In this document: piece by piece, positions 15,572-20,000 of the stretch
How positions within the stretch are numbered: position 1 is the stretch's first letter
Layout of the letters: every line of letters starts with the position of its first letter
IMG/VR virus record: IMGVR_UViG_3300031884_000009
Length of the DNA stretch: 20,000 nt
Source of the DNA: an uncultured virus (IMG/VR IMGVR_UViG_3300031884_000009)
Lineage: Duplodnaviria; Heunggongvirae; Uroviricota; Caudoviricetes
Direction: 5' to 3' (one strand)
Translations under genes and position numbers: made by a program
The notes under the pieces: generated by a model
What the model saw: the letters and a program-made list of their open reading frames with translations, nothing else
Told to the model about the DNA's origin: nothing
The model's database searches: none

Positions 15572-15659
15572 CTATTTAGTACTACATACTACTTAGTTAA
15601 TTTAGTTTTTAAAAACAATATTAATATTATTTACTATTTAGTACTACATACTACTTAGT
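15572..15659. repeat. Perfect 26-bp direct repeat flanking AT-rich palindromes (possible origin or regulatory site)
   Basis: CTATTTAGTACTACATACTACTTAGT at 15572-15597 and 15634-15659; GTTTTTAAAAAC and AATATTAATATT lie between them. Confidence 0.85.
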
Positions 15660-15870
15660 ATTCATCTAGATTATCATAATCATTATCTAGATATAAATCT
15701 AAATCATCTACATCATTACTACTTAGTAAATCAATTCTATCTTTATAATTAATATCTGTTTTTACTGTTTTTAAACATTTTAAACACATATCTAGATAAT
15801 CATTAGTATTAACTGACTTAATCGTACTTTCGTATGGAGTTAATAACACATTGCAGCAATAGCATCTCAT
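15655..15870 (-). CDS. Small zinc-finger protein with acidic tail
   Basis: CYCC...CLKC; GGAG RBS. Confidence 0.75.
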   Translation of the reverse strand: MRCYCCNVLLTPYESTIKSVNTNDYLDMCLKCLKTVKTDINYKDRIDLLSSNDVDDLDLYLDNDYDNLDEY

Positions 15871-15939
15871 CTGGTGTCTCCGTTGCCTTTTATAGGCGAT
15901 TTAAGGTGCTTTTTAGCTGTTTTCTTAGTCATTTGATAC

Positions 15940-16065
15940 CTATCCTTCATCTTCATCTTGAAAGCCTCCTAGAGCTTCTCCTGAAATGTTATCACAATCC
16001 CAAACTACGTGCTCGCAGTCCATTTCTTCAGGTGCGTAAGTGCTTGCACGATTATCTTCAGGCAT
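15940..16065 (-). CDS. Small acidic hypothetical protein
   Basis: Likely start at ATG 16065 (MPEDNRAS...), overlapping the upstream stop; the track start at 16122 is possible. Confidence 0.45.
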   Translation of the reverse strand: MPEDNRASTYAPEEMDCEHVVWDCDNISGEALGGFQDEDEG

Positions 16066-16249
16066 TATCTTGGTTAAGGAAAGAGTCTCGTGAATCAGAT
16101 TGTGTGTTATAATATACTTCATAATAGTTTCTAAATTCCTTAGCTAGTTTACGCCATGTAGGGAGGTTAGTTTCTCCTACTTCACCTTCATATAATGCTG
16201 GAGCAATTCCACCACGATTTAATAATGCTGTCAATTCTGCATCAGTCAT
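16058..16249 (-). CDS. Hypothetical protein
   Basis: 63 aa, coupled to the upstream gene. Confidence 0.6.
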   Translation of the reverse strand: MTDAELTALLNRGGIAPALYEGEVGETNLPTWRKLAKEFRNYYEVYYNTQSDSRDSFLNQDNA

Positions 16250-16388
16250 AATAATGTTCTCTTAATATACCTCTGTTAATAAAAATCTTTCTTAACTTCA
16301 TTAAAGCTCTTTTCTCAATCTCCCATACTGCCTGGTGCGTAACACCTATTTCTTCTGCTATTTCTTGGTAAGTATAAATCTTAGTCAT
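16242..16388 (-). CDS. Stand-alone sigma-70 region 4-like HTH mini-protein (48 aa)
   Basis: Not in track. MTKIYTYQEIAEEIGVTHQAVWEIEKRALMKLRKIFINRGILREHYYD* aligns to sigma70 4.2 [28 protein letters not shown]. Confidence 0.75.
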   Translation of the reverse strand: MTKIYTYQEIAEEIGVTHQAVWEIEKRALMKLRKIFINRGILREHYYD

Positions 16389-16389
16389 C

Positions 16390-16518
16390 TTAAATACAAT
16401 CTCTATCATACCCTAAAGCCATTAAACGCTTGCGAACCTTCATCAAGGCTTTTCTCTCTATGTAAATTACCATCACGTGCGAGATGCCTAATGCTTTTCC
16501 TATTTCTTGATATGTCAT
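16390..16518 (-). CDS. Stand-alone sigma-70 region 4-like HTH mini-protein (42 aa), paralogue
   Basis: Not in track. MTYQEIGKALGISHVMVIYIERKALMKVRKRLMALGYDRDCI*; GGAG RBS. Confidence 0.75.
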   Translation of the reverse strand: MTYQEIGKALGISHVMVIYIERKALMKVRKRLMALGYDRDCI

Positions 16519-16519
16519 T

Positions 16520-16618
16520 TTATTCTCCCATCCCTTTACAGTAACGAAGCAAACTAATCACGGTATCAATGCACGATGTAACCGCAAAGATAATTAAAAG
16601 CATTTCTTCCTTGTCCAT
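16520..16618 (-). CDS. 32 aa hydrophobic peptide
   Basis: MDKEEMLLIIFAVTSCIDTVISLLRYCKGMGE*; AGGA RBS; TAATG-coupled. Confidence 0.55.
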   Translation of the reverse strand: MDKEEMLLIIFAVTSCIDTVISLLRYCKGMGE

Positions 16619-16737
16619 TATACATTCCTATGGTATGCGTCATGCGGATGCGTAAGCATACTTTTCACTAACTCATCAACAGATGAGAACCATTGTATCA
16701 CCTTTAAGCCATCTTGCTGATAAATAGTAAAGCTCAT
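16618..16737 (-). CDS. 39 aa hypothetical protein
   Basis: MSFTIYQQDGLKVIQWFSSVDELVKSMLTHPHDAYHRNV*; starts at the ATG of the ninth junction repeat. Confidence 0.65.
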   Translation of the reverse strand: MSFTIYQQDGLKVIQWFSSVDELVKSMLTHPHDAYHRNV

Positions 16738-16901
16738 TTTTCTTGTGCCTTTCTTTCCATTTCTTCATACTCAGTCCAATGCAAAACATCAGAAGCTGTA
16801 GGATATTTTTCCCATACATCAGCACCTACTAAAGCATCTACTTCAATCCATTCCCATACCAGTTTAGGTATCCTTGCGTAATATGTAGTGTTTGCGCTCA
16901 T
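16734..16901 (-). CDS. 55 aa hypothetical protein ending RKAQEK
   Basis: MSANTTYYARIPKLVWEW...EEMERKAQEK*; ends in a junction repeat. Confidence 0.65.
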   Translation of the reverse strand: MSANTTYYARIPKLVWEWIEVDALVGADVWEKYPTASDVLHWTEYEEMERKAQEK

Positions 16902-16916
16902 TTCTTTTATAACCTT

Positions 16917-17069
16917 TTAAAATAGTGCATCCTCAAATATAAACTTAGGAGCCTTGCGAAGCTCGATTGTCCATGCGTTAGTACCTACATAGGCGAGGGC
17001 CTCAGCTTTAGTATAGAACCAACGCAGCACAAAACCATCCTCATCACTAACCCAGTATTTGCTCAACAT
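16917..17069 (-). CDS. 50 aa hypothetical protein ending FEDALF
   Basis: MLSKYWVSDEDGFVLRWFYTKAEALAYVGTNAWTIELRKAPKFIFEDALF*; GGAG RBS. Confidence 0.65.
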   Translation of the reverse strand: MLSKYWVSDEDGFVLRWFYTKAEALAYVGTNAWTIELRKAPKFIFEDALF

Positions 17070-17070
17070 A

Positions 17071-17412
17071 TCAAGCTCCGCAATAGTAGTCTTTTTTCAT
17101 GTCTTCCTCAATGGCTTTATCTAGCATATCGCCATCAAGCCATTCAAAAGATGACATATTACCATTACATAGCACAACTGCGGGAGCCATAGCGTCATGA
17201 GGTGCGTGGCAGGCACTATTTCGTAGATGACGATACATCTCAGCGTGTTTAAAGTTTTCTTTATTATCCATCATATAGGACAATAACGATGCTCTGTTAT
17301 CTTCTTGGACTTCTAGGGCATCGCATAGCTGGTTAATGAGGTTAGCTGTCACGACGTAGTCATCATTCAATGCGTAGGCACGTGCCTTGCGTATGAGGTT
17401 TTCAGTAATCAT
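17071..17412 (-). CDS. Hypothetical early protein
   Basis: 113 aa; GGAG RBS. Confidence 0.7.
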   Translation of the reverse strand: MITENLIRKARAYALNDDYVVTANLINQLCDALEVQEDNRASLLSYMMDNKENFKHAEMYRHLRNSACHAPHDAMAPAVVLCNGNMSSFEWLDGDMLDKAIEEDMKKDYYCGA

Positions 17413-17576
17413 TATACTTGCTCCGATTGTTTAAACATATTTAATATATCAAGGATAACTACACCTTCGCCCCTTACTTTCATTTGCTTAACAATATCTG
17501 CGAGGTCGAAGTGATATTCTGCCTCTTCCCATGCGTAACGAGCTTCCTCGCTGCTCATCTCTTGTAAGTTATTCAT
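17412..17576 (-). CDS. 54 aa hypothetical protein
   Basis: MNNLQEMSSEEARYAWEEAEYHF...FKQSEQV*; GAGG RBS; coupled on both sides. Confidence 0.65.
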   Translation of the reverse strand: MNNLQEMSSEEARYAWEEAEYHFDLADIVKQMKVRGEGVVILDILNMFKQSEQV

Positions 17577-17857
17577 ATTGGGTTAGCCTCATAGTAGCGT
17601 TGTGCAAGAAATAAAGCTGTATTGTACCAGTAAGCATGTACACGCTGGACAATATCTACAGGTGCGTGCGAGGGTGTAGGATAGTCTGATTCATCGTAAC
17701 CGCACTCTGCTAGACCTTCACCCCAGTGCGTAGCAGGGTTACAGGTGCTCATCATTAGGTTTTGAGTATATAAAGCTATTTCATTCTCTAACATCTCAAT
17801 GTCGGTGTATTCTTCTTCCTCAGGTACATAATAATTTCTATTTCCGTATAAGCTCAT
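17573..17857 (-). CDS. Acidic hypothetical early protein
   Basis: 94 aa; AGGAGG RBS. Confidence 0.7.
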   Translation of the reverse strand: MSLYGNRNYYVPEEEEYTDIEMLENEIALYTQNLMMSTCNPATHWGEGLAECGYDESDYPTPSHAPVDIVQRVHAYWYNTALFLAQRYYEANPI

Positions 17858-17858
17858 T

Positions 17859-17999
17859 TTAAAGACCTCCTATAAACTTAACTAAGAAAACAATACTAAT
17901 ACCAATAAAAAATATAGTAAACATGCTAAGGGCTATTACAGCAAAATATTGCATTAAAAACTTGTAACATTCCCAAAACTCTTTCCAATTCTCAAACAT
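17859..17999 (-). CDS. 46 aa membrane peptide
   Basis: MFENWKEFWECYKFLMQYFAVIALSMFTIFFIGISIVFLVKFIGGL*; GGAGG RBS. Confidence 0.6.
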   Translation of the reverse strand: MFENWKEFWECYKFLMQYFAVIALSMFTIFFIGISIVFLVKFIGGL

Positions 18000-18000
18000 T

Positions 18001-18183
18001 TTAAACACCCTCCAAGGATTCTAAGTTAATCACAAGGTGTAAGCCCTTGACTTCTATTGTGCAACCGTTACAGGCGTAATTAGCTCCATCTGCTGCAACA
18101 TGCGTAAGACGATTCTCTGGGAAATTCTCATCAAGCCATTCGATGAGCAAATCTCTAGTATTAAATATAACTTCATGCTTCAT
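18001..18183 (-). CDS. Hypothetical early protein
   Basis: 60 aa; AAGGGG RBS. Confidence 0.65.
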   Translation of the reverse strand: MKHEVIFNTRDLLIEWLDENFPENRLTHVAADGANYACNGCTIEVKGLHLVINLESLEGV

Positions 18184-18385
18184 CTTTAACCCCTTGTTTG
18201 TTTGTACAGTAACACGCTACAGCAAGTATAAGCAAGAACAAAGCCCATAAGGGATACTCACCAGCCAACCAGATAGCACCTAAGAACAATCCTAGCATAC
18301 ATTCGAAGACACCTAATTGAATAATCAATGGTAAACATACTAAGAACAATAAAGACAATAAGATACCGCCTGCGATTCCAATCAT
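18173..18385 (-). CDS. Small multi-pass membrane protein
   Basis: Almost entirely hydrophobic 70 aa; GGAGG RBS. Confidence 0.65.
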   Translation of the reverse strand: MIGIAGGILLSLLFLVCLPLIIQLGVFECMLGLFLGAIWLAGEYPLWALFLLILAVACYCTNKQGVKDEA

Positions 18386-18525
18386 GGTAAAACCTCCAAT
18401 AATTCATAATCTAAAATACTCTCCCCAGTCTCTAAGGCTTGCTCTACAATGTCATAAACAAAGTCAGCAGCACATATAGAATCATCTTTTAATTCTATCT
18501 CTAGGGTTATCTTGAAAGTTTTCAT
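18382..18525 (-). CDS. 47 aa acidic hypothetical protein
   Basis: MKTFKITLEIELKDDSICAADFVYDIVEQALETGESILDYELLEVLP*. Confidence 0.6.
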   Translation of the reverse strand: MKTFKITLEIELKDDSICAADFVYDIVEQALETGESILDYELLEVLP

Positions 18526-18526
18526 A

Positions 18527-18679
18527 TTAAGCCCCTTCAATAAGTTGTAATCTTCTACCTTTATGAGATGTAAATCTTTTTAGCATCTCACAAGCCTTAT
18601 CATGCGTCATTGCATACCTAGTCATAAATACGCTATCGCCTGTTTTTTCGTTAATTGCTACAATGTGGTAAGTTTTCAT
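18527..18679 (-). CDS. 50 aa hypothetical protein
   Basis: MKTYHIVAINEKTGDSVFMTRYAMTHDKACEMLKRFTSHKGRRLQLIEGA*; GAGG RBS. Confidence 0.65.
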   Translation of the reverse strand: MKTYHIVAINEKTGDSVFMTRYAMTHDKACEMLKRFTSHKGRRLQLIEGA

Positions 18680-18680
18680 G

Positions 18681-18842
18681 TTAAGCCTCAGGATGTTTAG
18701 AATTGAATAAGTTTCTGCCTAGGTTTATCAACGATAACCCTTGTTCTTCAGTCATGCCCCGATGCTCTGCAAACAATGAAGGGCTGAGATAGTTATTTTT
18801 AAATTCTAGGTATTGCTCTATAAGATAGTTTCTTGAGTTCAT
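18681..18842 (-). CDS. 53 aa hypothetical protein
   Basis: MNSRNYLIEQYLEFKNNYLSPSLFAEHRGMTEEQGLSLINLGRNLFNSKHPEA*; GAGG RBS. Confidence 0.65.
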   Translation of the reverse strand: MNSRNYLIEQYLEFKNNYLSPSLFAEHRGMTEEQGLSLINLGRNLFNSKHPEA

Positions 18843-18846
18843 TGTA

Positions 18847-19131
18847 TTAAGCCTCATGTTTTGTAAATTCTAAACCACGAATAAAAGACTGCATATCATT
18901 ATATAGCTCACGCTTAGTGCGTGTTCCCTGTCCTACTGGAGTGCTAACGCCTCCGCCTGTGTTGCTCATACGGTGTAAGTTAACACCGCCATAAGCATAG
19001 TAAATGTGGAAATTACCTACATTAGCACAGTATTTACCATCTACACGGCTTGAGGATTCTAAGGGGCTGTTAGTTAGCTTGTTGATGTAATCAACCAATG
19101 ATTCGAGTTGTTTTTCTGTGATTCTTTGCAT
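18847..19131 (-). CDS. Hypothetical early protein
   Basis: 94 aa; strong AAAGGA RBS directly after a candidate promoter. Confidence 0.75.
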   Translation of the reverse strand: MQRITEKQLESLVDYINKLTNSPLESSSRVDGKYCANVGNFHIYYAYGGVNLHRMSNTGGGVSTPVGQGTRTKRELYNDMQSFIRGLEFTKHEA

Positions 19132-19176
19132 GATGTTTAATCCTTTAATTTAGTTTATGTTTAATGCTTAGCTACT

Positions 19177-19221
19177 AATTTATTCTTATTTCAAGCTATT
19201 GTATATAGGGACTTACCCCTA
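19177..19221 (-). promoter_or_regulatory. Candidate early promoter with 16-bp palindrome abutting the -35
   Basis: - strand TAGG-GGTAAGTC-CCTA, then TATACA-17 bp-TAAATT. Confidence 0.55.
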
Positions 19222-19227
19222 TTGACA

Positions 19228-19317
19228 TTACAAATAATGTATGTTAGTTAGGTGCCATACAGTAAGACACACAGCGAAAACTACTAAGGTAATGATAAGG
19301 GCTTTAAAGTTTGACAT
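19228..19317 (-). CDS. 29 aa membrane peptide (first early gene)
   Basis: MSNFKALIITLVVFAVCLTVWHLTNIHYL*; AAAGGA RBS. Confidence 0.55.
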   Translation of the reverse strand: MSNFKALIITLVVFAVCLTVWHLTNIHYL

Positions 19318-19350
19318 GATGTTTATTCCTTTGTTTGTGTGGGTAACTAC

Positions 19351-19395
19351 AATTTAGTACTAATTGTAAGTAAAATCTATAGGTGTTTATACCTA
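19351..19395 (-). promoter_or_regulatory. Candidate early promoter with 16-bp palindrome abutting the -35
   Basis: - strand TAGG-TATAAACA-CCTA, then TAGATT-17 bp-TAAATT; same geometry as 19177-19221. Confidence 0.55.
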
Positions 19396-20000
19396 GTTGC
19401 AAACAAACAACAATGCCAATTTATAGGGGACAACATCGAGACAGTAAAGCAGATAGCGATAGAACGGATAGACATACTAAAGGGATAGACAATAACAGAC
19501 AGAGAAGGGCATAAGAGAGCTACTTAGTCTATATAACTGAATAGCATATTGAATAGGATTGTCTACTCAGTAATGGTATAAGACTAAGACGCACTAAGCA
19601 GGTGCAAGTCCTTGATTAGTAATGATGGGTAATAAACTGCCTAATAAACAGGCACTACTTAGCCCTGCACAAAGCTGCACAGAACATGACATTACAACGT
19701 AAAGACCTGAGCAGACCTCCAACGTAGCTGGGTAGAGCTGGGTAGTTCCCTAGGTAGAATCTAGGTAGGGTGGGGGTAAAAAAGAATTATTAGATAATAT
19801 ATATAACGCTACATTTAACGCTGGCATAACTTTTAAAACAAGGGGTAGGGTCGGACCAAGGTAGAAACTAGGTCGTGCTCTCCAGGACGGAGTAGACATA
19901 AAGAAAGAAAGTTAAGACATAGAACTAATAAGTGCTCTTTAGCCCTATGTAGACTACATTGTGCTCTATTGCTCTATGTAGTTAATAGTTTTTATTACTA

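Noticed and set aside
15867..15932. 21-aa basic ORF MTKKTAKKHLKSPIKGNGDTR
   Set aside because: It fits the gap and is ATGA-coupled, but is too short to support without homologues.
942..16544. Opposite-strand or alternate-frame ORFs from the track (e.g. 942-1202, 1527-1715, 3145-3369, 4636-4902, 5174-5482, 8919-9281, 9133-9513, 13764-14114, 15055-15387, 16335-16544)
   Set aside because: They are shadows of well-supported genes and lack recognisable motifs.
19222..19250. + strand promoter with perfect TTGACA
   Set aside because: The -10 at 17 bp spacing (TAGTTA) is poor and it would fire antisense to the first early gene; not excluded, but unsupported.
19413..19514. 33-codon + strand ORF (MPIYRGQHRD...)
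   Set aside because: Purine-rich low-complexity sequence with no clear RBS.

Overview
This window is a 20 kb segment of a dsDNA phage with a T7-like replication module. Rz/Rz1-type spanins point to a Gram-negative host. The + strand (1-3943) carries the end of the late region: a truncated probable virion protein, a free-standing HNH endonuclease, a PurD-like ATP-grasp ligase, a small tail-fibre-like protein, a GH24 endolysin, a holin-like protein and nested Rz/Rz1. The - strand (19317 down to 3992) carries early mini-genes, a short C5-methyltransferase-like gene, primase/helicase, PolA, SSB, a 5'-3' exonuclease, a zincin, a resolvase, an RNase H-like exonuclease and DUF3310. The most unusual part is 11.2-13.4 kb, between the helicase and the polymerase. 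It is an array of small gene cassettes joined by a conserved 23-bp junction (- strand TAAGAAAGGCACAAGAGAAATGA) that supplies an RBS, a stop and the next start, and is used in all three reading frames. The cassette proteins are mosaics of recurring DNA-level modules. One cassette looks like a pseudoknotted structured RNA rather than a protein gene. Also notable: two tandem stand-alone sigma-70 region-4-like mini-proteins, two early promoters sharing a palindrome next to the -35, and apparent complete absence of GATC. All calls come from manual reading and motif recognition; no searches or folding programs were run.
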